This document shows positions 8,501 through 17,505 of a DNA stretch of 34,874 nt, in pieces. Where the stretch lies: the NCBI GenBank assembly GCA_030670165.1, contig DAOVCF010000002.1:1-34874 (forward strand), given 5' to 3'. The DNA comes from Candidatus Stahliibacteriota bacterium (GTDB lineage Bacteria; Hydrothermota; Tepidihabitantia; B3-TA06). How positions within the stretch are numbered: position 1 is the stretch's first letter; every line of letters begins with the position of its first letter. The position numbers and the translations under genes were made by a program. Under the pieces are notes generated by a model. That model searched no databases and was not told the DNA's origin. It saw only the letters and a program-made list of their open reading frames with translations.

Positions 8501-9013
8501 CTTGCGTTTCTCGCGGAATCCCAGCACCCCGGCCGCGGACTCCAAAAGGTTGTGCAGCTCGCCGCCAACGATGGCGGCAAGTTGTGTCGCGTCAAAGACC
8601 GAGTAGAGGCGGCCTCCGGCGGCACCACCGCGAAGGATCGCCTCGATATCCTTAAGCCGGCACTCCTCGCGGTTGATCTCAAAGCTCGACTCGCCGGTCC
8701 GGTAGTAGCGCCTGCGCAACTCCACCTCGGCTGGAAGATCGGGGAAGTCGCCTTCGTTTTCAATAATAAGGCTCACGTCGGCATAGCCCAATTCGGACAA
8801 CCGGCCGCTTCCGGCAAAGATAAGATCCGCGCTTTTGCCGCAACGAAGGCGAGATAAGATCTGCTCACCCAAGACCCATCGGATCCCGTCCAGTACGTTT
8901 GATTTGCCGCAGCCGTTAGGGCCGACAAGTGAGGTCATGCCAGGCGAGAGTTCCAGAGCCGTCTTGTACGGAAAGGATTTGAAACCGTAGAGTCTGAGTT
9001 CTTTGAGCCGCAT
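5534..9013 (-). CDS. smc: Chromosome segregation protein SMC
   Basis: 1159 aa. N-terminal Walker A GPNGCGKSN, very long Glu/Arg/Leu-rich coiled coils around a central hinge, C-terminal LSDGERTML signature and Walker B FLFIDELDAPLD. Confidence 0.93.
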   Translation of the reverse strand: MRLKELRLYGFKSFPYKTALELSPGMTSLVGPNGCGKSNVLDGIRWVLGEQILSRLRCGKSADLIFAGSGRLSELGYADVSLIIENEGDFPDLPAEVELRRRYYRTGESSFEINREECRLKDIEAILRGGAAGGRLYSVFDATQLAAIVGGELHNLLESAAGVLGFREKRKESGRKLDLVRRDLVRLEDIITERKRFVRSLARQRRRAGLYKQLREKLVALETSKMHARFEAVIEEMEEKAKIISLEEEKERKLLLAMDGVRKELKGKDSKLSRLLAVERGTREALDEVNAKLSEVASRLSSSRTRKETLAENLSRIEEENQEAERRIEEIEKEIERTKRAQKEAAGRRQGAEGRLEEARGKLRTEEERLAAYRSRLRKARGELKKLSEGFGRYIEERTRERSRAENAGSLASAARAELSNLSGRAEALRSELVEAKNSHKKKTSSLTELEREIREAEGRIARLNADIQTFELKRQERIEGRSKLTGQVASLRERIENQPRQALRKRLGPRFSGLMEELLGYPAELEAALEAVLYDVLGFASATGMPDLSELSLDGQAGLVLDRGPASSSLKRPSDARFKLWLADKVSIKQGAPALLAARLESWVLADPADLDSLAGQYPRLSFVSSDGTALRSDGVVLLGRPRGVLADRRRLKELEDQEKQEKTSIVSLEENLTRLRKERDDLAIKLDEARSSYLEERSRRQTLEAEVDRLQEQAAEVERERERLRAEARSREQESESARQTLAELEEKISTLESQRSEKEEALSELEKTVAGKEEALRDKLAGLNDQLLALGKDEEAEHLAGERNERLEAEQARLDRLLTSRKKEAESTRHEILELGKAIEGLDEEQTALNEQRKKETERLSGIDASGVLQAKREKETELAEREAELEGLRKGLIELRTEQLLLKNQKDELEPLVSNAPTQDQDTDTKVMTPEEMDVELAAVKHRLEDLGPVNEYAAVQYEEEKAELDRLKAQHTDITKAAESLTTIIREIDEEARSRFDKTFTAVREEFRRTFNFFFPGGEADLRLECPEDPFNSPINITARPEGKQLKRLSQLSDGERTMLGISLLFAFYGVRPAPFLFIDELDAPLDDSNVLKFASYLSHIKERIQVFVITHNKRTMEKADTIYGITMEDPGVSKVISVRLKDVKRHHVAVEEA

Positions 9014-9048
9014 GATTACCCTCTAAAAGCCCTGAATAGCTGCCCTGA

Positions 9049-9068
9049 CTCACTGAAAACACAGTGAG
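9049..9068 (-). other. Small hairpin between the Wzz-like gene and smc
   Basis: 7-bp stem ctcactg (9049-9055) / cagtgag (9062-9068) with a 6-nt loop. Possible attenuator or processing site. Weak. Confidence 0.25.
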
Positions 9069-9077
9069 GGAAAGTGC

Positions 9078-10220
9078 TCAGCGCTTGCGTCGGCCAAGGC
9101 TTTTCTTTACCTCGCTGCGAAGGCGGGACATCTTCTCGTGTGACTCGGGGTTGGCGAGGACGTGCTCCCAGTAGACTCTGATCATGGAGTATGCGAGGAT
9201 AAGCACCACCCCCACAAGAAGCGCAGCCAGCACCACGAGTTTTTTGGGCGGGAAGTAGGGAAGCTGGGGAGGCTCAACCAGCTCGAGAATGGAAATAAGT
9301 GGAGTGTCCTTGGCTTCCATGAGCTTGGCCTGTTCGTATTGCTGCATGAGCAGCATGTATATCTCCTGCTGTACCATGAAGTCCCGGTAAAGTTCCAGGT
9401 AACGGGATGCAACCGGAGGCAGCGATGCAAGCTTTGCCTGGATAAGCGCAAATTCGCGACGGGCAGTCTCATACTGCGGGTTGTTGGCGGTTGAAAAGGA
9501 ACGCATGTATTCGAGCTCCAACTCCTTCTGCATCGCCTGTGCCTTGAGTTCTGCGAAGGCTTGTATCTGCCCGCCGATCTCAGGATTCAGCATTGGCAGC
9601 TTGTGCTTGCGCTGGAACTCGGTGAGAGAATCCTGGGCGGCTTCCATGTCCACCTCAGCCTGCGCGAGTCGCCCTTCGATGAACTCCCGTAGATGCCTGC
9701 CTCTGGTGGTGCTCGAATGGGTAAGATAGTGATCCAGGGCCTGTGCGTAAGTATTGGCGATATCTGCCACTAGGACGTTGTCCGGTCCTACCACCTCGAT
9801 TACAAAAACCTGTTCCGGTGTCGTCAGCTTGTATACGGTCATCCCCGCAAGTTCCTCGCGCGCTTTGGTCCGATCGGCCACATCAAGCCTTTCTAAAAGC
9901 GAGCAGGAATCCATAACGTAATCGGTAATTGTCTGAGAACGCAGTATCTCCCCGTAGAAGAGCATCTCTCCCCCCTCCGCACCCGGGATAGTTAGACCGG
10001 TGATCCCCAACTGCGACTGGAGTGTGGAAATCGCCCCCACAAGGCCGCTTCCCTGTGTAACGGGAAGAAGCTTAACCTCTGCCCTGTACCTCTTTGGGAG
10101 AAGGAAGGCAAGGGCGATACCCAATCCGCCGAAGCAAACAAGCGCAATAAGCATCTTCCACCAGCGCCGAACGATGAAAACAAAAAGGTCGACAACGTTG
10201 AAACTCATCTCACTCACCAA
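9078..10220 (-). CDS. Polysaccharide chain-length determinant / co-polymerase (Wzz/GumC-like, no kinase domain)
   Basis: 380 aa. N-terminal TM followed by LPKRYRAEVKLLP, a long helical periplasmic region and a C-terminal TM (LVVLAALLVGVVLILAY). Overlaps the upstream Wza-like gene by 11 nt. Confidence 0.7.
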   Translation of the reverse strand: MVSEMSFNVVDLFVFIVRRWWKMLIALVCFGGLGIALAFLLPKRYRAEVKLLPVTQGSGLVGAISTLQSQLGITGLTIPGAEGGEMLFYGEILRSQTITDYVMDSCSLLERLDVADRTKAREELAGMTVYKLTTPEQVFVIEVVGPDNVLVADIANTYAQALDHYLTHSSTTRGRHLREFIEGRLAQAEVDMEAAQDSLTEFQRKHKLPMLNPEIGGQIQAFAELKAQAMQKELELEYMRSFSTANNPQYETARREFALIQAKLASLPPVASRYLELYRDFMVQQEIYMLLMQQYEQAKLMEAKDTPLISILELVEPPQLPYFPPKKLVVLAALLVGVVLILAYSMIRVYWEHVLANPESHEKMSRLRSEVKKSLGRRKR

Positions 10221-11484
10221 AGGTTAAGATAACGGCAATCAAACTCAAAACAGATGCGGTTAGTCCAACCCAGTCCCGCACGTCGTAAAGGGGTTTTCTG
10301 GGAACAAAGATCGTTGCCCCAGGTTCAAGCTGCATATCCGGGTGTGCGCGCCGGGTGCGTCCGTCCGGATAGATAACACGAATTGCTCCTAGATTAGCCG
10401 TCGAAGAAAACCCCCCTGCATGACCCAGATACTGGTTTAGGGTGAAGGCCTCGTTGTAGATGACAGGACCGGGTTTTTTTAACTCCCCTGTTACGTATAC
10501 AAACTGCTCAGAGCGGGGAACGGTAACTACATCACCATGCTCGAGGAGAGGATTTTCTCCTTGCCCGCTGGCGAGATACTCCTGCATGTCGAAAAAGATC
10601 CGCTCGTCCCCACGTTGGATGTAGCAGTGAGCCAGATCGCTTTGTGGAATAAGCACTGCACGGCTCGCAAGGAAGCCGCATACCCGCTCTTTCTTCTCGA
10701 ACTCCAGCCAGTGTTCGGCGTTGAACGCTCGACTCAGTGTATCGGCAATCAAAGACGCCTGGATGCTTGGTTCGTCAACGGCCTCCTTGGCCAAGACCGC
10801 ACCGCGCAGAAGAACGAAGCGTTCCATCTTGGGGACATAGATGATGTCGCCATCCGAGAGAGGAGGGTTAGCGTCCAACTCACCATCCTCACGATAACGA
10901 CGAAGATTGATCCTTAAGCTGTCACCGGAGCGCCTGACCAGCGCGATGTTTGAGACCGATCCCATCGAGATGATGCCGCCAGCCAGATCAATACCGTCCT
11001 CTACCCGCATAAAGGGAGTAACAAGATAACTGCCCGGCCACTGAACATCACCAAGGACGTTTATCTTGCAAAGCCTTGCTCCGATCAGAACAAAGTCTAT
11101 CTCCACGGGACGGATAAAATTCTCAAAGGCCTCAGCCACCTGCGTGCGAGCCTTCCTGACCGGAACGTCCACGATCTCGACGTAGTCAACCGCTTCGAGA
11201 TTAATCAAGCTGACATCTCCCCATTTCTGTCCGAAGGTTGCCATCCCGCGAGCAGAAGGCAGCATAATCACGAGCTGCCCTGCAGGGCTAATCCGGGTAG
11301 GATAGCTGTAGGAAAAACTGCCTCCTACCATAACCAGCAGGCTATCGCCGGCGTTGAGCACGTAGTCGTTTATTGAAACGGGCTGTTCGGTAACCGTCCC
11401 CAGCTCAAGGGACATCTCGCGACCAAAGGTCTCCCCTGTTATCTGACCAACCCCTGCAAGAAACCAAAACAATAACCCCATCAT
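10210..11484 (-). CDS. Polysaccharide export protein (Wza-like, Poly_export plus SLBB repeats)
   Basis: 424 aa. NDYVLNAGDSLLV export motif, repeated soluble-ligand-binding beta-grasp endings (GDIIYVP, GDVVTVP, GATIFVP) and a C-terminal hydrophobic helix. Confidence 0.72.
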   Translation of the reverse strand: MMGLLFWFLAGVGQITGETFGREMSLELGTVTEQPVSINDYVLNAGDSLLVMVGGSFSYSYPTRISPAGQLVIMLPSARGMATFGQKWGDVSLINLEAVDYVEIVDVPVRKARTQVAEAFENFIRPVEIDFVLIGARLCKINVLGDVQWPGSYLVTPFMRVEDGIDLAGGIISMGSVSNIALVRRSGDSLRINLRRYREDGELDANPPLSDGDIIYVPKMERFVLLRGAVLAKEAVDEPSIQASLIADTLSRAFNAEHWLEFEKKERVCGFLASRAVLIPQSDLAHCYIQRGDERIFFDMQEYLASGQGENPLLEHGDVVTVPRSEQFVYVTGELKKPGPVIYNEAFTLNQYLGHAGGFSSTANLGAIRVIYPDGRTRRAHPDMQLEPGATIFVPRKPLYDVRDWVGLTASVLSLIAVILTFGE

Positions 11485-11491
11485 AACAAGG

Positions 11492-11519
11492 ATTATACCT
11501 AAATCTCCCCCCGGGTCAA
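11492..11519 (-). promoter_or_regulatory. Sigma70-like promoter placed for a leaderless mRNA (Wza-like gene)
   Basis: On the minus strand: TTGACC (11519-11514), 16-nt spacer, TATAAT (11497-11492), then exactly 7 nt to ATG at 11484. No SD. Confidence 0.55.
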
Positions 11520-11583
11520 TGGTAGGAGTGAACCGATAGGGAGCACGAGTCCCTCGATCTCTCAGGCGGCGTGGTGGGCCGTA

Positions 11584-11611
11584 TTGACAAACCGCTGGTT
11601 TTCCTTACACT
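11584..11611 (+). promoter_or_regulatory. Sigma70-like promoter of the signalling operon
   Basis: TTGACA (11584-11589), 16-nt spacer, TACACT (11606-11611). Divergent from the Wza-like promoter. Confidence 0.5.
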
Positions 11612-11652
11612 ATGTTCTTAATTATCTTAAAGATGCAACAGAGTAAGGAGGT

Positions 11653-13209
11653 TTGGTGAACGTGGAAAAAGACAGGCGAACGAAGGAACTTTTGGAAGCC
11701 ATCAGGCTTAAGACGCAGTTTCTGGGTAACATGAGCCACGAGCTCCGTACGCCATTGAACTCGATAATCGGCTTTTCGGAGCTTCTCATGGATGGGCTTG
11801 TTGGGGAACTCAGCGAGAAGCAGGGTCACTATATAAAAATCATCCACTCCTCCGGTGCGCATCTTCTCAGGTTGATTAACGATACCCTTGACTTCTCCAA
11901 GCTTGAAGCGGGTATGCTTGAGGTCTTCAACGAACCTACCGATTTGGGCGAGGTGGTTGAAGATGTTTTGCGTGCCTACAACGTAGTCGCTGAACGAAAG
12001 GGACTCGATATCCATGTAGAGATCCCTGCGGATATGCCGCCAGTACTCACCGACAGGCGCAAACTCACCCAGATAATCGACAACCTCCTCTCCAACTCCG
12101 TAAAGTTCACCAGCCAGGGCCGGGTTGAGTTGGCAGCCAAGCGTAAAGAAGGTATGCTTGAGGTAACGGTAACCGACACCGGGATAGGGATCGAGCCGCA
12201 AGAGCTCCCGTATATCTTCGATCCATTCCATCAGGTGGATGCATCCACCACCCGGCGCTACGAGGGAACAGGTCTTGGGCTGGCATTGGTAAAGAAACTT
12301 CTTGAGATTCAGAAGGGTACAATCGAGGTTCAAAGCTTGCCTTCTCAAGGCTCCAGCTTTACCTTCCGTCTTCCCTTTGTGGAGTTCAAGCCCGAGAAGC
12401 CTACAGTGGCGACTACGCGAGAGGAGTTGATCCAGGGGCTTCCTGCGGCCGGCGAGCGACCCATCCTGGTGGTTGAGGACAACCCCTTGGCGGCTAACCT
12501 CATGTCGACGTGGCTTTCTGAGGCCGGCTACAATGTCCAGATCGCCTCCACTGGCGAGGAAGCCCTGCAGAAGGCGGTGAACCTCTGTCCAGCTGTGATT
12601 ACCCTGGACATCCTCCTTCCTCAGATGGACGGCTGGCGCGTACTGCATCGTCTCAAGGAGATGCCTGAGACCAAGGATACACCAATCATAGTGGTCTCGA
12701 TAGTGGAGGACAAAAGTTTCGGCCTCTCGCTTGGGGCGGTAGACTACATGATCAAGCCGGTATCGCGCAGCAATCTCATCTCGAAGATTGAGCGCCTCAC
12801 CAAGAGCGGCCGCAGGTTCCATCGTGTCCTCGTGATAGACGACAATCCCGCGGACATCAGCTTGGTAGAGGAGATACTTCAACTGGACGGCTACGAGGTG
12901 CTCAAGGCTACCTCCGGAGTGGATGGTCTCAAGGCCGCGCGCGAGGAGAAGCCGGATCTCGTGATTCTGGATTTGATGATGCCTGACCTGGATGGTTTCG
13001 ATGTTATGAGACTTTTGGAGTCCGACGAAGCCACCAGAGGATTACCGATTATTCTCTTTACTGCCAAGGACCTTACCCAGATTGAGCGAGCCAACCTGGG
13101 GGCCAACATCCACGATATCTTCGGCAAGGCGCAGCTTGACCGCGACTCCTTTCGTCAAAAGATCGCCGAGCTTCTGACATCCTCACAACCGGAAGGCAGT
13201 AACGAATGA
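11653..13209 (+). CDS. Hybrid sensor histidine kinase without an input domain (HisKA, HATPase, REC, REC)
   Basis: 518 aa. H-box MSHELRTPLNSI starts near residue 27. N-box DNLLSNSVKF, G-boxes DTGIGI and GTGLGLALV. Two receivers follow (ITLDILLPQMDG, VILDLMMPDLDG). No TM, PAS or GAF before the DHp. AAGGAGG at 11645-11651 makes GTG 11656 or GTG 11662 more likely starts than TTG 11653. Confidence 0.9.
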   Translation: MVNVEKDRRTKELLEAIRLKTQFLGNMSHELRTPLNSIIGFSELLMDGLVGELSEKQGHYIKIIHSSGAHLLRLINDTLDFSKLEAGMLEVFNEPTDLGEVVEDVLRAYNVVAERKGLDIHVEIPADMPPVLTDRRKLTQIIDNLLSNSVKFTSQGRVELAAKRKEGMLEVTVTDTGIGIEPQELPYIFDPFHQVDASTTRRYEGTGLGLALVKKLLEIQKGTIEVQSLPSQGSSFTFRLPFVEFKPEKPTVATTREELIQGLPAAGERPILVVEDNPLAANLMSTWLSEAGYNVQIASTGEEALQKAVNLCPAVITLDILLPQMDGWRVLHRLKEMPETKDTPIIVVSIVEDKSFGLSLGAVDYMIKPVSRSNLISKIERLTKSGRRFHRVLVIDDNPADISLVEEILQLDGYEVLKATSGVDGLKAAREEKPDLVILDLMMPDLDGFDVMRLLESDEATRGLPIILFTAKDLTQIERANLGANIHDIFGKAQLDRDSFRQKIAELLTSSQPEGSNE

Positions 13210-13586
13210 GCCGTATCCTCGTCGTTGAAGATAATGAAGGGAATCTCGAGCTTATACGCGTGGTGCTGGAGATGGCAGGCCATGAGGTGATAGGAGCGCC
13301 GAGTGCCGATGTGGGGCTCCTGGTGGCCAGAAAAGCCCGCCCCGATCTTATACTTATGGACATGCACCTGCCTGGTCTGGATGGATACGAAGCGACGCGA
13401 ATCATAAAGGCGGATGAGACATTGAAGGGCATTCCGGTCATTGCGGTCACCGCCATCACCGAGCGCACCGATGAGGAACGTATTCGTGCCTGCGGCTGCG
13501 AGGGATTCATCGCCAAGCCGGTGGATACCCGAAGTCTGGCCACCCAGATTGCCGGGTTCCTGAAACCGGGGGGCAAGACACAGTGA
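13206..13586 (+). CDS. Single-domain response regulator (CheY-like receiver)
   Basis: 126 aa. ILVVEDN.., DLILMDMHLPGLDG, AVTA.., GFIAKP. ATGA overlap with the kinase stop. Confidence 0.9.
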   Translation: MSRILVVEDNEGNLELIRVVLEMAGHEVIGAPSADVGLLVARKARPDLILMDMHLPGLDGYEATRIIKADETLKGIPVIAVTAITERTDEERIRACGCEGFIAKPVDTRSLATQIAGFLKPGGKTQ

Positions 13587-15154
13587 TGGAACAAGGGAAA
13601 ACCTCTCATCGAATACTGGTGGTAGACGACGACCCCCATCTTTTGAATCTCCTCGATATGCGCCTGGCTGATCAGGGATTTGACGTCATGCTCGCTTCAT
13701 CCGCCCAGGAAGCGCTCACAAAGGTAGAAGGCAGGATGCCAGACATCGTTATCGCAGACATCATGATGCCCGGCATGGATGGATATGAGCTCTGCGAGCG
13801 CGTCCGCGCAAACGAAAAGCTGCAGCACATCCCGTTCGTCTTCCTCTCCGCATTAGCCGACACCCAGGATAAGGTAAGGGGGTTAAAGCTGGGGGCGGAC
13901 GACTACCTCACCAAACCGTTTGAGTTCCACGAGCTACTCGCAAGGATAGAGATACTTTTGGATAGATACTCGCGCTACCAGGAGACCTTCGAACAAGACC
14001 CGGAGATCGCCACCACCGGGAACATCGAGGATCTGGGGGTCATTGACCTGTTGCAGATGCTCTCCTTCGGCCAGAAGACGGGCGAGGTGCATCTTAAGTC
14101 GGATGAAGAGGAGGGGTTTCTTTACTTGATGTCTGGCAAGCTCGTAGCAGCAACCTGCCGTTCGAAACAGGGACGGGCTGCACTGCCGACCCTGCTTTCC
14201 TGGTCGAAGGGCAGATTCAGAGTAAAGCTCACCGATAGCCTCTCTCTTACTCCTACGATCGAAACTCAGACCGACGAGGCGATCTTTGCGGCGCTACGTG
14301 AGCTGGACGAAACCGAACGTATAAAACAGGAGTTAGGCCCAAGGTCTATCCCAGTGTTCGCGGCGAAACCCAGGCCCGAAGCAAGGGTCGAGGAGGTCCT
14401 GCTCCGGCTGGTAGACGGTAACCGCAGTATCAAAGAGGTACTGGCAGCGAGTTCTCTCTCGAGCTTCGAGACAATCGAGGCGATAAAAAAGATGGTGGGC
14501 AAGGGACAAATCGAGCTGCGCCCTGCGGAAAAACCTGCTCCGAAGATTGCCACCAAACCTGAGAAAACCCCTGCTTTGGAGCCGGGAACCACCCTTTCCG
14601 GGGCGGCCAGGGTATGGGAACCGCAGATGCCTGGAGAGGAAAAAGAAGTCGAGAAGATTGAGAAGATGCAGGAGACTGCAGTTCCGGGGGAGATTGGACC
14701 CCAGGTATTCAATCTTATAGTGATCGGCACGAACAGGGATTCCCGCAACACCTTTATCCATACGGTCTCCGGCGAGGAAGAAACAGAGGGCAAAGGAGAG
14801 ACGGTTCTCAACTTCGGAAGGATAAAAATAGGACATTACCAACTGAACCTCTATGGGCTACCAGGGGCAAAACGCTTCGCTCCCCTCTGGCAGACCTTCA
14901 TTCAAAGGGTACACGGGATGATAGTTCTGGCGAACGCCAGCATCGAGGAAGAGGTAGACAACCTGCGGTTTGCACTTTCGCTTCTGGGTCCGCACATACC
15001 GGGTCCGAAGATCGTTATAAACACCGATCCCACCCATCCCGAGATCAAGCTCGGTCCGGAGAGTCATGGTGCAAAGGCCGTTGCCTGCCTGTCCTCTGAC
15101 CGCATCAAGGCCGCTGGGATCGTAAAGAACCTGATCGCAGAACTTACCCGCTAA
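13583..15154 (+). CDS. Response regulator: REC, DUF4388/PATAN, Pro/Lys/Glu-rich linker, degenerate Ras-like (COG2229/MglA-like) domain
   Basis: 523 aa. REC at residues 9-125 ([21 protein letters not shown]). PATAN-like [67 protein letters not shown] helix segment. Low-complexity linker. C-terminal [49 protein letters not shown] matches the layout of small GTPases of the MglA/CvnD type, but G1 and G3 are eroded. GTGA overlap with the upstream stop. Confidence 0.8.
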   Translation: MMEQGKTSHRILVVDDDPHLLNLLDMRLADQGFDVMLASSAQEALTKVEGRMPDIVIADIMMPGMDGYELCERVRANEKLQHIPFVFLSALADTQDKVRGLKLGADDYLTKPFEFHELLARIEILLDRYSRYQETFEQDPEIATTGNIEDLGVIDLLQMLSFGQKTGEVHLKSDEEEGFLYLMSGKLVAATCRSKQGRAALPTLLSWSKGRFRVKLTDSLSLTPTIETQTDEAIFAALRELDETERIKQELGPRSIPVFAAKPRPEARVEEVLLRLVDGNRSIKEVLAASSLSSFETIEAIKKMVGKGQIELRPAEKPAPKIATKPEKTPALEPGTTLSGAARVWEPQMPGEEKEVEKIEKMQETAVPGEIGPQVFNLIVIGTNRDSRNTFIHTVSGEEETEGKGETVLNFGRIKIGHYQLNLYGLPGAKRFAPLWQTFIQRVHGMIVLANASIEEEVDNLRFALSLLGPHIPGPKIVINTDPTHPEIKLGPESHGAKAVACLSSDRIKAAGIVKNLIAELTR

Positions 15155-15161
15155 ATCCAAA

Positions 15162-17219
15162 ATGAACCTTGCTAAACTTCGCAACATAGGAATAGCCGCA
15201 CACATAGATGCGGGAAAGACCACCACGACCGAGCGTATACTCTACTACGCCAAAAAGATACACCGCATGGGCGAGGTGGACTCAGGTTCGGCAACCATGG
15301 ACTGGATGGCCCAGGAGCGCGAGAGGGGGATAACCATAACCTCGGCGGCAACAACCGTGGGCTGGAAGGACGCGAGGATTAACATCATTGATACCCCTGG
15401 GCACGTGGATTTTACGATAGAGGTGGAGCGCGCTCTCAAGGTGCTTGACGGTGCTGTGGTGGTGTTCTGTGCGGTTGGCGGTGTGGAGCCTCAGTCGGAG
15501 ACGGTCTGGCACCAGGCTGATAGATACCGCATCCCACGCATTGCGTTCGTTAACAAGATGGACCGCCTTGGCGCGGACTTCGAGCGGGTGGTGGATATGA
15601 TGTCATCGCGCTTCCTCCAGTTCCCTGTACCTGTGCAGATTCCCTGGGGTGCGGAGCAGGGTTTTGAGGGCGTGATCGACTTGGTGGGGTGGCGTGCAGT
15701 CCGCTGGAAGGATGAGACGTTGGGGGCGGAGTTCATGGAGGAGGAGATTCCCGGCGAACTCGTGGATGAAGCCAAGCGCTGGCGCCAGCATCTTGTGGAT
15801 AAGGCAAGCGAAGCGGAGGATACCATCATCGAAGACTACATGGCTGGCCAGAAGAGCGAAAGCGTGACCCTGCGGAAGGCGTTACGCAAGCTTACCCTGG
15901 AGAACAAGATAGTGCCAGTGTTATGCGGCTCCGCTTTGAAGAACAAGGGGGTGCAGCCTCTTCTGGATGCGGTAATAGACTACCTGCCCTCACCCCTGGA
16001 TGTGCCACTAATCGAGGGACACGATCCGGCAAACGTGGAAAAGATTCTCCTGCGTGAAACCTCTCCGGACGCGCCCTTCTCCGCGCTGGTCTTCAAGCTC
16101 GCCTACGACCCTCACATGGGGCCATTGGCGTTCACGAGGGTCTATTCCGGTAGGATCGAACGCGGCCAGACTGTAATGGGTTTCCCCGGGGGCAAGCGCT
16201 CACGCGCCACCAAACTACTCTTGCCTCACTCCAACCGCTTCGAGGAGGTTTCTAAGCTCGAGGCGGGCGAGATCGGGTTGATCACAGGTCTGCGTCACGT
16301 GACCACCGGCTCAACCCTGGCCGATCAGAAGAACCCCATCGTCTATGAGCTGATGCGTTTCCCTGAGCCGGTTATCCACCAGTCGATCGAGCCGCATACC
16401 AAGGCGGACGAGGCCAAACTGGGCAAGAGCCTTGCGATCCTTGAGCTTGAAGATCCAACCTTCAAGGTACGTACCGACCCGGAGACCGCCCAGCTTCTCA
16501 TTTCAGGGATGGGCGAGCTGCACCTGGAGATCATCGTTGATCGGCTCAAGCGTGAGTTCCGATTGCCGGTGCGGACCGGCAAGCCACAGGTCTCATACCG
16601 GGAGACCATCACCAAGAGGGTGGAGCACTCCGCGGTCTTCTCAAGGATCATCGCCAACAAGACCTATTATGCCGGCGTTACGTTAAAGCTTGAACCCTAC
16701 GAGAGCGGTAAAAAGGTAGAAATACACCTTCCTGTGCCGCTTGGACGCGAGTTCCTGGACGCCATTCGTTCGAGCCTTACCGATTCCTTCTTCGCCGGCC
16801 CAATGCTGGGCTATCCCATAACTAAGGTACGAGTTACGGTTACGGACGTGGAGTTCAGGGAGGAGGATGCTTCGGACATCGCGTTCAAGGCCGCGGCATC
16901 CCAGGCGTTCAGTGAAGCATACCAGAAGGCTTCTCCGGCACTTCTTGAGCCGATCATGGACGTTGAGGTAATAACCCCTGAGCCATACATGGGGGATGTG
17001 ATTGCGGATATCAACACCCGGCGCGGAAAGATAGAGGAGCTTACCAACATAAAGGAGCAAAAACTCATCAAGGGATTCATGCCCCTTGCCGCGAGCTTCG
17101 GGTATGCGACGGCGCTTCGGTCACTTACCCAGGGACGCGCCAGCTTTGCCATGCACTTCTCGCACTACGCGATACTCCCCGAGACAGAGCGCCGCAAGCT
17201 CTTCGACTACCTTGTGTAA
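15162..17219 (+). CDS. fusA: Translation elongation factor G (outside the str-operon context; possibly a paralog)
   Basis: 685 aa. [35 protein letters not shown], with all five EF-G domains collinear. Starts 7 nt after the upstream stop with no SD. Confidence 0.92.
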   Translation: MNLAKLRNIGIAAHIDAGKTTTTERILYYAKKIHRMGEVDSGSATMDWMAQERERGITITSAATTVGWKDARINIIDTPGHVDFTIEVERALKVLDGAVVVFCAVGGVEPQSETVWHQADRYRIPRIAFVNKMDRLGADFERVVDMMSSRFLQFPVPVQIPWGAEQGFEGVIDLVGWRAVRWKDETLGAEFMEEEIPGELVDEAKRWRQHLVDKASEAEDTIIEDYMAGQKSESVTLRKALRKLTLENKIVPVLCGSALKNKGVQPLLDAVIDYLPSPLDVPLIEGHDPANVEKILLRETSPDAPFSALVFKLAYDPHMGPLAFTRVYSGRIERGQTVMGFPGGKRSRATKLLLPHSNRFEEVSKLEAGEIGLITGLRHVTTGSTLADQKNPIVYELMRFPEPVIHQSIEPHTKADEAKLGKSLAILELEDPTFKVRTDPETAQLLISGMGELHLEIIVDRLKREFRLPVRTGKPQVSYRETITKRVEHSAVFSRIIANKTYYAGVTLKLEPYESGKKVEIHLPVPLGREFLDAIRSSLTDSFFAGPMLGYPITKVRVTVTDVEFREEDASDIAFKAAASQAFSEAYQKASPALLEPIMDVEVITPEPYMGDVIADINTRRGKIEELTNIKEQKLIKGFMPLAASFGYATALRSLTQGRASFAMHFSHYAILPETERRKLFDYLV

Positions 17220-17229
17220 TAAATATCAG

Positions 17230-17505
17230 CTAGGTTAAACTCTCTCCCCACTCAAACCGCAGTTCCACGTCCTGCGCCTTCAATTTTTCAGCCAGCGCTT
17301 TGTACTGCGTAAAAAACTCACACGTCTTTGAAATCTTCCACTCGCAATAAGGGTTGCATTTTGATACGTCCTTATAGCCAACGTGGCAGTGCTTTTCGAA
17401 AAGAAAGTCGAGCAGTGTATTAACCGCTTCGTCGAATTTCTTCTTGCCTGGAGCGAGTTTGACGATTTCCTGTATAAGGCTTTCTGGTTTTTCTTCTTCA
17501 GGCAT
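17230..17505 (-). CDS. Small Cys-rich hypothetical protein
   Basis: 91 aa. HCHVGYKDVSKCNPYCEWKISKTCEFF gives four Cys and two His in 27 residues. The start overlaps the tmk stop by 8 nt. It shares the low G+C of tmk. I recognise no family. Confidence 0.55.
   Translation of the reverse strand: MPEEEKPESLIQEIVKLAPGKKKFDEAVNTLLDFLFEKHCHVGYKDVSKCNPYCEWKISKTCEFFTQYKALAEKLKAQDVELRFEWGESLT

Noticed and set aside
5663-8857. Many 60-150-aa ORFs on both strands inside smc
   Set aside because: They are produced by the GAG/CTC/CGC-rich coiled-coil coding sequence. The products are Ser/Arg/Ala-rich and low in complexity, and all lie fully inside a confidently called gene.
11605-12882. A 425-aa ORF antisense to the histidine kinase gene
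   Set aside because: The plus-strand frame carries textbook H, N and G boxes and receiver motifs. The antisense product has no recognisable motif, SD or promoter. I treat it as a shadow ORF of a G+C-rich, codon-biased gene.
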